Positions 50,309 through 61,092 of a stretch of 64,000 nt of DNA are shown in pieces (the stretch's first letter is position 1; each line of letters opens with the position of its first letter). The stretch is from a virus (lineage: Duplodnaviria; Caudoviricetes): the IMG/VR virus record IMGVR_UViG_3300028903_000004, positions 32,001 through 96,000 of that record; one strand, written 5' to 3'. Under the pieces are notes generated by a model. The model did no database searches. It worked only from the letters and a program-made list of their open reading frames with translations, and was not told the origin of the DNA. A program made the translations under genes and the position numbers.

Positions 50309-51757
50309 CTAAAATTTATTAATCGTTCTTATGATATCTTGCGGAACACCAAGTAAACTCATAGTTAATTTCTTTTTATTACTAATTAATTCTGATTGAA
50401 TTTTATCCTTAACTTGAGATTGAAGATTTTTAATTTCTTTCAAAACTTTTTCAAGTAATATTTTAATAACTAAAGCTTTAACTATATCAATAACTTCTTT
50501 GATTAAAACTTTTAAGTTTTTAATCAATTCATCAATTCCATTAAATGTGGCATTTGTTCCTTGAACTATTCTAAAATTAACCATAAAAAGTAAGATTAAT
50601 TTAGGTGAGAATATCATTCCAATTATACTCTTAACAAGCGCCTTTATTAATTTAACAAAAAAATTTAATTTCACATTATATCTATCTTTTGGGTCACTAT
50701 TTTTTGATGCTTCATCCGCGATATCATTAATCGATTTATTAATAGCAATTGTTTTACTTTCAATAGAATTAGCAGTAATTATCGTGTTAACTGAATCATT
50801 TAAGATTGTTGTATTAATTTTTGTAGCATATGTATCACATGTTTCTAATTTAGATATACCTAAAGTTTTCATTTTAGCTTTTTCACTAATATCAAGTAAT
50901 TCTACATTTGTAAACGTGAAAAAACTATCATCAATAATATCATCTGGTTCTGTTTCTAAAAGTTTATCAATAATGTTATTTAATTTTTCTTCCATTTCAG
51001 ATTGAACTGTAGTTTTTTCTATGATATTACTGAATATATTAAATATGTTATCTATCATTTTAGCAAAAAATTGAGCATCTGGAAATAATTTAATACTATC
51101 AACATAATCATTATTCCAGTCGGATAATTTTTTATTATTGCTATAATAATCACTAGCTTTAATAGTAATTATATTTGTTTCTGTGCCGTATTGTTCATCA
51201 AATTTTACAGCAACTATATCATTCACAAATCCGACTTGATGACCCCAATATTGTTCAACGCCACTATTTTGTATTGTATAAAATAAAAAAGTATTAGCAT
51301 CAGTACTGTTTATTTGTGGAGTAATATCACTATAAATAAAATTACCGTATTCAGATGCTGGGTCTAGTTTAAATATATTACAATAATCGATTTTATTTAC
51401 ATTAAATTGATAACCACTGCCATTATATTTAAGTTCATTTGGAATAGAAGGATTAACTCCACAACTAGTTAATTCTTTTAAGTTAAGTTTAATTGCAAAT
51501 TTAATTTTATCTTCTAAATCACCTAAACTATTAATTAATGCATCTGAAACTGAATCTCTGATGGCTTCATATCCAGCTAATTCTTTAATTAAATCAAGTA
51601 AAAAGTTAATTGGGTCCTTTTTAATAGTTTGAAGACTTTGCCACAATTGATTAGCCTGCGACTTATATTTAATGTGTTGGTTATGGGTATCATCTACCAA
51701 TACTTTTAGTGCAGCCACTTGTGCAAATACTTCGGATTTTTGTTTTTGAATTTCCAT
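50309..51757 (-). CDS. putative virion protein
   Basis: 482-aa ORF in late operon. Confidence 0.6.
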   Translation of the reverse strand: MEIQKQKSEVFAQVAALKVLVDDTHNQHIKYKSQANQLWQSLQTIKKDPINFLLDLIKELAGYEAIRDSVSDALINSLGDLEDKIKFAIKLNLKELTSCGVNPSIPNELKYNGSGYQFNVNKIDYCNIFKLDPASEYGNFIYSDITPQINSTDANTFLFYTIQNSGVEQYWGHQVGFVNDIVAVKFDEQYGTETNIITIKASDYYSNNKKLSDWNNDYVDSIKLFPDAQFFAKMIDNIFNIFSNIIEKTTVQSEMEEKLNNIIDKLLETEPDDIIDDSFFTFTNVELLDISEKAKMKTLGISKLETCDTYATKINTTILNDSVNTIITANSIESKTIAINKSINDIADEASKNSDPKDRYNVKLNFFVKLIKALVKSIIGMIFSPKLILLFMVNFRIVQGTNATFNGIDELIKNLKVLIKEVIDIVKALVIKILLEKVLKEIKNLQSQVKDKIQSELISNKKKLTMSLLGVPQDIIRTINKF

Positions 51758-51762
51758 TTATA

Positions 51763-52146
51763 TTAAACATCATATTCTTCGTTATCATTATCCGACCAAT
51801 TTTTTAATTTATCCCTTAGTGTTTTAAAATCTTCAAGGGTTACTGAATTAGTATTTGTGGAAGATTCTTCTGGAATACCATTTTGTTTAATAATTTCGGA
51901 TTTAAGTTTACTTAATTCCAATTTGATTTTAATGGCAGAATCTTTTATTTTTAACAAATTAGCCTTTTCTCTGGCAATACTTGTAATGTCAGCAACATCT
52001 TCAGGTTGTGCTGCATGTACCATTTCATTAATAGCTCTTTGAGCATCAATTTGTTGATTGCAAGCATCATTATATGTTTCTTGCATTAAATAAGTTAAAC
52101 TATCAATATCGTTTAATTTTAGTTTGGTTTTCTTACGTCTAGGCAC
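51763..52146 (-). CDS. hypothetical coiled-coil protein
   Basis: GTG start; late motif 52217-52224. Confidence 0.65.
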   Translation of the reverse strand: MPRRKKTKLKLNDIDSLTYLMQETYNDACNQQIDAQRAINEMVHAAQPEDVADITSIAREKANLLKIKDSAIKIKLELSKLKSEIIKQNGIPEESSTNTNSVTLEDFKTLRDKLKNWSDNDNEEYDV

Positions 52147-52240
52147 GGCTTTAATATTTATTATATTTGTTATACTAATTTATATCATCAATCATCACTA
52201 ATTCCGCTCTATATATATAAATATGCAGCAGCCTTAATTT

Positions 52241-53005
52241 CTACAAAATACCATTTTCTAAAAATTCGTTTTTAATCGATTCATATAATTTTTTATAGCG
52301 TTTTAAGGCACATCTTATATCTTTAGTGGTAAGGTTTGTATTTTCACGGATACTAGCTAATATAGATATTTTATTATATTTTTTACCACCTTCCATATCC
52401 TTAAAAATGCTTTCCCAATTATCTAGAATATCGACTAAAGCAAACCCTAGTTTACGTTCATTTTCATTCATGATTTTATGTTCATGAACTTCATCCTTTT
52501 TTAGTTCATTTTTTATTTCATTTGAAATTCGTTGAATTAATGATGATAGGTTATACATTGATTCTGTAGTACTTTCACTATCAACCAAATCAAAATTCTT
52601 TTCAGAATCTTCATCATCATCATTAAGATATATGTCTTCGAAAGATGTAAGTTGTTTAAGTTTCTTATCATCTTTGATTAAAAGCCCCAAAATATAGTTT
52701 TTACATATTGTACCATAGTAAGAATAAGCCTTTTTTCCTTTCCCTTCCTCAAATTTATTTGCTTTTGTCATCAAAAATGAGAGTGTATCAGCATGTAATT
52801 CCTCAAATGATACACTCTTTCTATATAGTTTATAGCGTCTGATGATTGATTCAATCATCTTATTTAACGGCTCTTTCAAAAACGTATTATAAATTTGATT
52901 ACGTTCAGCTTGGTCGTCAGATTCTAAGAACCTAAACACGGCATTTTCTTCTAAGGGACCGAAATATAAATCACTAGTTCGTTTACGACCTCTACCTTTA
53001 GCCAT
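52241..53005 (-). CDS. phage sigma-like factor (region 2 only, gp55-like)
   Basis: FEELHADTLSFL....KF....GKKAYSYYGTICKNY. Confidence 0.7.
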   Translation of the reverse strand: MAKGRGRKRTSDLYFGPLEENAVFRFLESDDQAERNQIYNTFLKEPLNKMIESIIRRYKLYRKSVSFEELHADTLSFLMTKANKFEEGKGKKAYSYYGTICKNYILGLLIKDDKKLKQLTSFEDIYLNDDDEDSEKNFDLVDSESTTESMYNLSSLIQRISNEIKNELKKDEVHEHKIMNENERKLGFALVDILDNWESIFKDMEGGKKYNKISILASIRENTNLTTKDIRCALKRYKKLYESIKNEFLENGIL

Positions 53006-53013
53006 CTTATTTA

Positions 53014-53796
53014 TTATTTCTGATATGTTATTTCTCTTTCATAATTATAAAAATACTCATGTTTAGCTGTTTCTAGCCAGAATTGAGATTCTTTTGCATC
53101 CATTTCTTTAGCATACATATCAAACAATGAGTTATTTCTTTGATTTACGTGTTTATAGCCAAGTTTTGGGATTACCATAATAGGAACTGATTTTTGAGTT
53201 AATCTTAATAAGAATTCATATATGAAATACAATTTAATATTTGTTTTCATTCCACCATTTTCTTCAAAGGTAGATTTACGCATAACAATTCCATCAATAT
53301 TAAAATTTTGATATCTTAATAGTGCATCGTTATCTAATACGCCCATTTCATCACAAAATTCGTGAGCCCATACGGCTTCATTCATGAAGCCCATGAATTT
53401 ACCTTCTTTGTTAACATCAACAATTATTGGCATATAAACATCGAAATTGTAATGATTCCTATACTCAACAACGTTTTTAAACCATATTCTTGAGTATTCA
53501 TCGTCAAATTCTAAGAAACTAAACCATTCAGTCTTAACTTGGCTAACGCCTAAATTAATTTGACTGCAGACATCTGAATTCCCAGTATTTTCGATTATTC
53601 TTACATTATTACCGATTTCACCATAATTAAAATCACTTAAAAATTTTAATAATGTTTCATCGGATTTAGCAATAATTAACACCTCATCTGGTTTAACTAT
53701 TTGAGCATTAATGCTATTTATGGCATTAGTGAAGTATTTTTCGTTAATTTCATTTATTTCATGTATTGGTAATATTACTGTGATATCTGATTTCAT
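53014..53796 (-). CDS. glycosyltransferase family 2
   Basis: ITVILP, INLGV, FLEFDDEY. Confidence 0.8.
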   Translation of the reverse strand: MKSDITVILPIHEINEINEKYFTNAINSINAQIVKPDEVLIIAKSDETLLKFLSDFNYGEIGNNVRIIENTGNSDVCSQINLGVSQVKTEWFSFLEFDDEYSRIWFKNVVEYRNHYNFDVYMPIIVDVNKEGKFMGFMNEAVWAHEFCDEMGVLDNDALLRYQNFNIDGIVMRKSTFEENGGMKTNIKLYFIYEFLLRLTQKSVPIMVIPKLGYKHVNQRNNSLFDMYAKEMDAKESQFWLETAKHEYFYNYEREITYQK

Positions 53797-53797
53797 T

Positions 53798-54916
53798 TTA
53801 ATTTGATTTTTGTTCTTCATTATTCATTTTACTAGTTATGTTTACTAGTTTAGCTTCAATTTCAGCTATTCTGGTATTAAAGAAATGTGTATATACTTCT
53901 TTAATTTTAGCTCTTTCTTCATCTTCAGTATAAAGTTTATTAGTTTTTTCCATTTCATCAAAAAGCTCCTGTGGGACATTATCTTCTAACCACAATTTAA
54001 TGAATTCAGCAACTAAATTAGGAATATGAAGAATATTGTTAGTCCAAACACCATTGTTTTTTATATCTATCTTATCTCCTTCAACATTTTCCATCCATTC
54101 TGGTATCATATTCGGAATAGTACCAATTACTGGAACATTACATCTCATTGATTCTAATGGAAATGTACCAAAACTTGAAATTTGGTCAACCCAAACTGAT
54201 AAACAACATTCACTTAAAGTATCAGCAAAAGCTTCCCTTGGCATTCCTCTCATATCTTTAAAAGTTATCCATTTATATATTGGATTTTGCAAATAGAAAC
54301 TTTTAACTATCTTTAGAGCATCTTTTTGGTCTCTGGTATGAATAGCAATCATAGGTTTTTTTGGCTTACCATTGTCTTTGAAATATGTTGGAATAGCCAC
54401 AGGAATTTCCCATGTTCTTAGATTAGGGAATAATGATTTTACATATGAACTAATTTTTGGGGATGTTGTAATAACATCTTCTATTCCATAGAATACCCAA
54501 CTCATACCAATATTCATTAATTCAAGAATATAATCATATGATTGGCATAAAACTATACGTTTACATGGGAATTTACTTGTTTGTTGCATAACATTACTAA
54601 AGATTTCTGGTATTACTATGAAATCTGAAGCACTGATATTTAAATCTTTATTTTCTATGGATTTATGCGGTAATTTAGCGTATTCGGCTCCTAACCAACT
54701 TTCTACCCCATGATAATCATTCTTTTCATGTAAAATACAGGCATTATAACCTAATTCATTTAAAATTTTCACATGCTCATAAATGTTAGCTATACCTGCT
54801 GTTGGATTTCCTTTAGTATCCAAAGTAAAAAAATAGATTGTAAAATCTTTATTCATGATTTTATCAATCGCCGTATGAGCTAGTTCCTTTGCTTTTTGAA
54901 TTTGTTCTTCAGTCAT
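53798..54916 (-). CDS. glycosyltransferase (GT-B, GT4-like)
   Basis: DFIVIPE, SFGTFPLESMRCNVPVIG. Confidence 0.75.
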   Translation of the reverse strand: MTEEQIQKAKELAHTAIDKIMNKDFTIYFFTLDTKGNPTAGIANIYEHVKILNELGYNACILHEKNDYHGVESWLGAEYAKLPHKSIENKDLNISASDFIVIPEIFSNVMQQTSKFPCKRIVLCQSYDYILELMNIGMSWVFYGIEDVITTSPKISSYVKSLFPNLRTWEIPVAIPTYFKDNGKPKKPMIAIHTRDQKDALKIVKSFYLQNPIYKWITFKDMRGMPREAFADTLSECCLSVWVDQISSFGTFPLESMRCNVPVIGTIPNMIPEWMENVEGDKIDIKNNGVWTNNILHIPNLVAEFIKLWLEDNVPQELFDEMEKTNKLYTEDEERAKIKEVYTHFFNTRIAEIEAKLVNITSKMNNEEQKSN

Positions 54917-54939
54917 TTTAAAACTTTTTTTATTTTTAA

Positions 54940-55314
54940 TTATATATCAATTTTTTTAAGTATTCTATAATATTTCAAAGTATTAAATGCAAGTTTAAAA
55001 GATATAGGCATATTTCCTATGGCTCTTTCAAAACCTAATGCATCATCAACTTCATCATTGTTAGATATAAGAATATCAATTAAAGTTTTAACTAATTCAT
55101 ATTTAGTTAAATCAATTTCTTTACCTTTTTTAAATTTTTTAATTGTTTCTTGTTTTTGAACTAATTTTTCTTTTTTAGCTTCAATCTGGTAATAAAAAAC
55201 AGTTTCAGATTCTTCTTGAAAGTCTTCTTTAAATTCAGGCTCACCGCCAATTAATTTATCGATAGCTTCAAAATCTATTATATAAACTTCATTCCCTATT
55301 TTAAGTAAACTCAT
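54940..55314 (-). CDS. hypothetical protein
   Basis: ORF. Confidence 0.7.
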   Translation of the reverse strand: MSLLKIGNEVYIIDFEAIDKLIGGEPEFKEDFQEESETVFYYQIEAKKEKLVQKQETIKKFKKGKEIDLTKYELVKTLIDILISNNDEVDDALGFERAIGNMPISFKLAFNTLKYYRILKKIDI

Positions 55315-55327
55315 GATTACTTATAAT

Positions 55328-55918
55328 TTATTTAATGTTATTAATTTTATTCAAAATTTCATTATCATCCATAAAATCAAATAATGAGTCAAATTCATAA
55401 TCGCATTTAACGTTTTGATTATATACTGATTTTATTTTAATTACTACTTTATTTGATGGTTTATTTTCAATTAATAATGGATTAGCTGTTATTAAAACAT
55501 CAACATCATTCCATAATTCTTCATATTTGGTTTTAAATCTAATATTTGATATTCGGCAACCAGTTTTAGATAAGAAAAAATAAGTAGCTGGAATACTATT
55601 AACCGCTTCTTTACTTACTAGCCACAATTCATGTTCTTCATCATCAATTATTTCCATGTTATACAAATTCAGTCTATTAATCAAATTATCATATAATTCA
55701 TCGGCATGACCGAATATTTCAAGAGCGGCTTCCTCATACATAAATTTATTCATTTCATCAATACCACCAGCAAATGGAAAATGTTTAAGTAAGTCAAATG
55801 AATCTACTGGTGTTTGTTCAACATCAGCATTTTCTGGAATTTTGTACTTACTATATACATAGTCAAATTGACCTATGAAATCACGTAAAACTTCGTTAAT
55901 ATCAATACCTATTTTCAT
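55328..55918 (-). CDS. HAD-superfamily 5'(3')-deoxyribonucleotidase-like protein
   Basis: MKIGIDINEVLRD (DxD read as DxN), YN motif. Confidence 0.65.
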   Translation of the reverse strand: MKIGIDINEVLRDFIGQFDYVYSKYKIPENADVEQTPVDSFDLLKHFPFAGGIDEMNKFMYEEAALEIFGHADELYDNLINRLNLYNMEIIDDEEHELWLVSKEAVNSIPATYFFLSKTGCRISNIRFKTKYEELWNDVDVLITANPLLIENKPSNKVVIKIKSVYNQNVKCDYEFDSLFDFMDDNEILNKINNIK

Positions 55919-55956
55919 AAAATTAAAAATAAAAAATATTTTTCAAATGTAAATAT

Positions 55957-56808
55957 TTACCAACGAATATATTTAGGAATATACTCCCACCACATTTTTT
56001 TATTGGTAATTTTTTTATTTTTTTGCTCCGTAGATTCATTTAAAATTACACGTTCTTTATTTACTGGTGAAGAGATTGTATTTTTATTTTTATCGTTTCT
56101 AGAAGAGTCATAAAGATTTAATATCTTCGATATAATTGGATTTCTTACGATATCATTAGCGGTAAATTCAAAAAAACCAATTTCTTCAATGCTCCTTAAT
56201 CTATTCATTGCATCGTATAAACCAGATTGTTTGATATTGGTATATCTATCAGATTGGTCCATATCACCAGAAATGATAAATTTACTATTTATACCAATTC
56301 TAGTTAATAAAGTTTTCATTTGATTTGGTGACATATTCTGGGCTTCTTCCATAATAACAATAGCATTGTCAATATTAGCACCTCGAATATATGCTAATGC
56401 TTTTATTTCAATAATTCCATCCATAATCATACGGTCTCTAGCTGCTTTGCCAATAAGTTTTTCTATAATTCCAAGACTAGATTCAGCATAAGGCATGATT
56501 TTTTCCATAATATCACCTGGTAAAAAACCATGTTTTTCTTCTACTTCCACTGCTGGTTTGAAAATGATAATTTTTTCAAAATTATTTTCTTTTGATTGTA
56601 ATAATTCTATTGCCCTAGCAATAGATACATAACTTTTTCCTGTACCAGCTGGACCGCTGCAAATTACAATTTCTTTGTCAGTTATAAGTTTCACAAATTC
56701 TTTTTGTGCTTCATTTTTAGCTTTGAATTTAAGTTTTTGCCCTACAATATTATTTACTGTATCAGAAACAGTAAATTCGTAATTTTCATTATTTTTTCTT
56801 CTTCCCAT
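55957..56808 (-). CDS. phoH: PhoH-family ATPase
   Basis: GPAGTGKS, GFLPGD, YIRG, EEAQN, LTRIG, GD..QSD, DIVRNP. Confidence 0.92.
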   Translation of the reverse strand: MGRRKNNENYEFTVSDTVNNIVGQKLKFKAKNEAQKEFVKLITDKEIVICSGPAGTGKSYVSIARAIELLQSKENNFEKIIIFKPAVEVEEKHGFLPGDIMEKIMPYAESSLGIIEKLIGKAARDRMIMDGIIEIKALAYIRGANIDNAIVIMEEAQNMSPNQMKTLLTRIGINSKFIISGDMDQSDRYTNIKQSGLYDAMNRLRSIEEIGFFEFTANDIVRNPIISKILNLYDSSRNDKNKNTISSPVNKERVILNESTEQKNKKITNKKMWWEYIPKYIRW

Positions 56809-56809
56809 T

Positions 56810-57679
56810 TTACAATTTTCCTTTAAACTCTTTATTTTTATATTTTTCATCTAGTTTATGGCTTCGGTATTTTTCAAAGATATTTTCTCCTTCGACCATA
56901 GGTGTAGCAAAAAATTTTATTATGTAATTCCCATCATATTCAACAATTTTATCAAATTCTGTTATCATATATTGAAATTCAAGAAAATCTTTTACTCCCG
57001 CATCACCGTTTGTGACAAACCCTACCGATTTAATATCAAGTAAGTCTGAATTTTTTGGAGCACTTTGAGCTTTACGAATTGAACTAATTAAAAAAACTGT
57101 CTTTTTATCATATTCATCATAATATTTTGGAATGTAAAATTCTAGTAATCTTTTAGATTCTGATATTTTTCTAATTAAAAGTTTTTTAGTATATTTTTCT
57201 ATCTCTAGTCTTGGGTGAATTTCGCGATTAATAATGATAGAAAACTCATTAATAATTCCATAATTACCTATTCTTTCAAGTGATTCTAAAACGCTTGCAG
57301 TAATTGGTCTATTATTAATTTCCATTAAAACTTTATAATCATCAAATGGGTCCCCCTTAATTTTTCTATATAAAGGCTTTTTAGATGACTTAACCGAGAT
57401 ATCGTAATTGATAATCTCACCATTTTCATTTAAAATCGGTTTAATATTATTTCTAAGCTCTTGAGTCGCTTCAATTACTTTATATAATCTAGCTCTCAGT
57501 AACGTTACTTCTTCAGTTAAACGCCCCTGTAAAAGGTCATCTGCTAATGTACCTTGCATGTGTCTTTGAACCGCATTTGTATCATCACTAAGGTTATTAC
57601 CGATTTGACCTAAAGCATTTTTCTCAACCTTAGATAAAGCAATTGATATGTGAAATATAGCCCTTTTAAACCAGTTCAT
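56810..57679 (-). CDS. hypothetical protein
   Basis: ORF in operon. Confidence 0.7.
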   Translation of the reverse strand: MNWFKRAIFHISIALSKVEKNALGQIGNNLSDDTNAVQRHMQGTLADDLLQGRLTEEVTLLRARLYKVIEATQELRNNIKPILNENGEIINYDISVKSSKKPLYRKIKGDPFDDYKVLMEINNRPITASVLESLERIGNYGIINEFSIIINREIHPRLEIEKYTKKLLIRKISESKRLLEFYIPKYYDEYDKKTVFLISSIRKAQSAPKNSDLLDIKSVGFVTNGDAGVKDFLEFQYMITEFDKIVEYDGNYIIKFFATPMVEGENIFEKYRSHKLDEKYKNKEFKGKL

Positions 57680-58664
57680 TTTGTAAAATATTACAAATTT
57701 TTATTGATGATGTTCCGTCACCGAATGGTGAATTAATATTAACTTTATAGTTATTAATATGTGATAAAAATACAATGCTTAAATCAGATGGTTCTGGAAC
57801 CATAAAACTAGTTAATCCTACTGATTCAGGTCTTTCTGTTACTTTTCTACAAACCAAACATTTTTTGTTAAAAAAACTACATTCTTCTTGTATTCCACCA
57901 CTATCAGTTATTACCATTCTGGATTTAACTAATAATTTTATTAAATCTTCGTGACTCAATGAATTAATAATTCTTACGTGTGTTAATAAATGTCTATGCT
58001 TTTGAACATTTGGATTTGGATGTAATGGAATGACAAAATCTAAATTTTTAAATGTTTTCGCTATTTCATTAATTTCAGTAAACCATTTAGCCATATTATC
58101 ATGATTTTCACGTCTATGCAAAGTAACTAATATTGTATTTCCATATTCACATTCGGATTTATATTGAATAAGATTATCCAGTGATGTATTCCCTACAATA
58201 TATTTTTTCCCTTCAACTTTTTCAGCAATTAAATTATCGTAGCTTAATCGGGTTGGACAAAAATGAATATCGGCAATGCTTGAAACAATTCTTCTATTAG
58301 TTTCTTCTGGATATGGATTATTTTTATCATAAGTTCTAAGTCCAGCTTCAAGATGAATTACCTTAATCTTTCTATTAAAAGCTGCTAAAGCAAGAGCAAC
58401 AACAGATGTGGTGTCACCTTGAACTAAAATATATTCAATACCTTCAAACCATTTATCTGGTAAATTCATGCACGATTCAATTATTGAATCTAATCGGTTT
58501 TGCCCAGATTTCATTGTTAAAATAAAATCTGCATTTTTAGGTGCGATATCTACATGTTGTCCAGTGAATAAAGTTTTGTACTTTATTCCTCTTTGTTCCA
58601 TTTCAAGTATTAAGGGTTTAATTTTAATATATTCTGGTCTTGTACCATATACTAATAAAATCAT
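57666..58664 (-). CDS. wecB: UDP-N-acetylglucosamine 2-epimerase (non-hydrolysing)
   Basis: GTRPEYIK, TGQH, VQGDT, HLEAGLR, PEE.NR, TLHRREN, TDSGGIQEE, PFGDG. Confidence 0.93.
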   Translation of the reverse strand: MILLVYGTRPEYIKIKPLILEMEQRGIKYKTLFTGQHVDIAPKNADFILTMKSGQNRLDSIIESCMNLPDKWFEGIEYILVQGDTTSVVALALAAFNRKIKVIHLEAGLRTYDKNNPYPEETNRRIVSSIADIHFCPTRLSYDNLIAEKVEGKKYIVGNTSLDNLIQYKSECEYGNTILVTLHRRENHDNMAKWFTEINEIAKTFKNLDFVIPLHPNPNVQKHRHLLTHVRIINSLSHEDLIKLLVKSRMVITDSGGIQEECSFFNKKCLVCRKVTERPESVGLTSFMVPEPSDLSIVFLSHINNYKVNINSPFGDGTSSIKICNILQNELV

Positions 58665-59239
58665 TTTTCGTTAAATAATAAAAACATTACATTATACTTA
58701 GTGAACGGCTTTTTATCAACCAATTCAAATTTTGGATAATTTTCTTTGACAAATTCCTCAACATCTCTATGCTTTATGTGTGGAACAGCACTGGCAAGAC
58801 TACCCGAATTTGTTGTATATAAACAAACATTTTTTGATACTGAGAATAAGGTATCCATATGTTCTTTAAAAACACTATCTTCTACTAAATGATAAATAAC
58901 GTCTAAACTGAGTGCTAAATCATATTTGTTTTTCTTAATCTCGTTTATGTCTGTCACAAATTCTTTTGATTTATCACTTTTAAATTTATTCGAGCAAACA
59001 CCAATAATCGTTTCACTAATATCGTATCCAGTATATTTTTCATAGCTAACCAATTTTTGTAATTCATTACCATCGCCACATCCGAGCTCTACGATAGTTT
59101 TAAAATTGTTAATTGTAATCAATCTGTTTATGTAATCAGATTTGAATTTAACTGATTCTGGGTCATGACTACCAAGACCAGAATCACCACCAGCTTTATA
59201 TCTGGATTCCCAATAATTTTTTACAAAATCATTATCCAT
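58661..59239 (-). CDS. class I SAM-dependent methyltransferase
   Basis: YWESRY..GG.SG.GS, ELGCGDG, SLDVIYHL. Confidence 0.85.
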   Translation of the reverse strand: MDNDFVKNYWESRYKAGGDSGLGSHDPESVKFKSDYINRLITINNFKTIVELGCGDGNELQKLVSYEKYTGYDISETIIGVCSNKFKSDKSKEFVTDINEIKKNKYDLALSLDVIYHLVEDSVFKEHMDTLFSVSKNVCLYTTNSGSLASAVPHIKHRDVEEFVKENYPKFELVDKKPFTKYNVMFLLFNEK

Positions 59240-59831
59240 TTTTTTGCAGTGTTAAATAAACAATATTCAAATTTTTATATATCTCGTTTGGGTATTTTGA
59301 GTTTTCTCCATTAAGTCTAAGCTTAACATCATCTTCAACTAATTTAATCCCAAGAAAATTTTCAATTTCTTCAATACTCACTCTCGGATAATCAAATGTT
59401 AAAACAAAATATCCACCAATTTTAACTTGTTTGAATAAGTTCTCTATAGCTAATAGACGTTCTTCTTTGGTTTTTAGATGTTCAATTGTTGAGATATTGA
59501 CAACGAAATCGAATTTATTTTCAAATTCTTTTTTTTCAGTTGTGATGTTATATTCATAGGTTTCCCTGAATTCAGACTTACAAATATCCGAATGTAGGCA
59601 TTCACCAATTTTATCCAGTTCATCTCTAAAAATTACATGAACTCCTTCATAACCCCATGAAGAGTTATGAATTTTGGGAATACTAAAATCTTTTAGTTTG
59701 CGACTATTTATGAAGTCGGTAACAAATTTATATTCATAAATCCTAGACCAAGCTCCAGATTGCATATATTTCAAATCGTAACTATCATTTGCCTTGGCAA
59801 ATTTAAAATCTATTACTTTAAAATTATTCAT
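59232..59831 (-). CDS. methyltransferase-like protein
   Basis: SRIYEY, FDFVVNISTIEH, GG.FVLTFD. Confidence 0.7.
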   Translation of the reverse strand: MNNFKVIDFKFAKANDSYDLKYMQSGAWSRIYEYKFVTDFINSRKLKDFSIPKIHNSSWGYEGVHVIFRDELDKIGECLHSDICKSEFRETYEYNITTEKKEFENKFDFVVNISTIEHLKTKEERLLAIENLFKQVKIGGYFVLTFDYPRVSIEEIENFLGIKLVEDDVKLRLNGENSKYPNEIYKNLNIVYLTLQKNG

Positions 59832-60388
59832 TTTTTTAATATTTTAAAAGCTGTTATATGTGGATATAATTCATTATCAAAGACAAACTCAACCGTGTAA
59901 CTTAAAATTTTCCAATCATCATAATTCCATGCTGATAAATGCTTTTCATGCTCATTACCATATATTTCATCTTGTGGTTGTTCGCCAAATGGAGTACCAA
60001 AAACTAAAATCGCGTATTTAGCCTCTAATTTTGGCGATAATTGAATGAATTCATCTTTTTCAATATGTTCTGAACCATGCCAGAAAAAGATGCACTCGGC
60101 TTCTGATAATACATCAATATTTCTTATATTCCCAAGAATTATTTTATTGGGGTTACATCCATTAGCAATAGAATCAATAACATTTTGCTGGAAAATTTCC
60201 ACAATTTTCCAATCAATATTATTTGCCTTACAAATTTTAATCCACCACTGAGTTCTTGGGTCCAACCAATTGCGAAAACCAATATTTAAAAAAGAATTAA
60301 TTTTATTACCAAACAATTTGAATAAATTAACAACTGTTAATTCTCTTTTTGAATATTCTAAATCAGGTATAACAAATTCATTTACCAT
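59828..60388 (-). CDS. methyltransferase-like protein
   Basis: FLNIG, VEIF, EHIEK, TP.G...Q...YGN.HE.HLSAW. Confidence 0.6.
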   Translation of the reverse strand: MVNEFVIPDLEYSKRELTVVNLFKLFGNKINSFLNIGFRNWLDPRTQWWIKICKANNIDWKIVEIFQQNVIDSIANGCNPNKIILGNIRNIDVLSEAECIFFWHGSEHIEKDEFIQLSPKLEAKYAILVFGTPFGEQPQDEIYGNEHEKHLSAWNYDDWKILSYTVEFVFDNELYPHITAFKILKK

Positions 60389-61092
60389 ATGCAAATTTTT
60401 TTAATTGTTGGTGCTCCCCTTAAATATCCTCGATTATTTCCTACTAACCAAGTGTTAAGAGTTGAACCTATATCAATATAAGTATTCTTTTTATTTAAAG
60501 ACCAGAATTTAGCCGCTAGCATATTACCGAGTGGACCAGCACAGAATAGAAATAATTTACCTTCATAGTCTTCAATTGGAAAATTATCGAGTAAATAAAA
60601 ATTATCTTTCAAAGCTGTATTTGTTATTGGTACAAAAGCTTCAATCTCAAATGGTAAATTCTCAACCTTGGCATCCGCATTGGCAAATAAAATAATGTCA
60701 TGGTTTTGGAATTCTGGGATAAAATTATCCTTAAAGAAATTGTAATTTCCGTTAACGAAAATATTGACCCATGTTAAATTGGTTGGTGCGACTTTAACGG
60801 TATCTCGCATCCATTTAACATCATCCCAGCTGACGCAACAAGGGCATGATATGCCAACAAAATATCCTTCCTCATTATAAGTAAAAGATTTCAATAACTC
60901 TTGTTGTTCTTTAGAATCCCTTTCAGGATTAAAAGTCCAATTATCACAATTTGTGATAGGTTGATTTTTTAATATTGCAAATTCGCCATCCGCATATTTG
61001 GAGAATGTAAAATGTTCACCTCTTCGCAATGCTTCGAAAATAATCTTAATATCTTCAACAAAGCTTTTGTCTTCATTAACCGTGAATTCCAT
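60382..61092 (-). CDS. GT-D-fold-like glycosyltransferase
   Basis: FSKYADGE, LFCAGP, YIDIGS. Confidence 0.65.
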   Translation of the reverse strand: MEFTVNEDKSFVEDIKIIFEALRRGEHFTFSKYADGEFAILKNQPITNCDNWTFNPERDSKEQQELLKSFTYNEEGYFVGISCPCCVSWDDVKWMRDTVKVAPTNLTWVNIFVNGNYNFFKDNFIPEFQNHDIILFANADAKVENLPFEIEAFVPITNTALKDNFYLLDNFPIEDYEGKLFLFCAGPLGNMLAAKFWSLNKKNTYIDIGSTLNTWLVGNNRGYLRGAPTIKKICIW

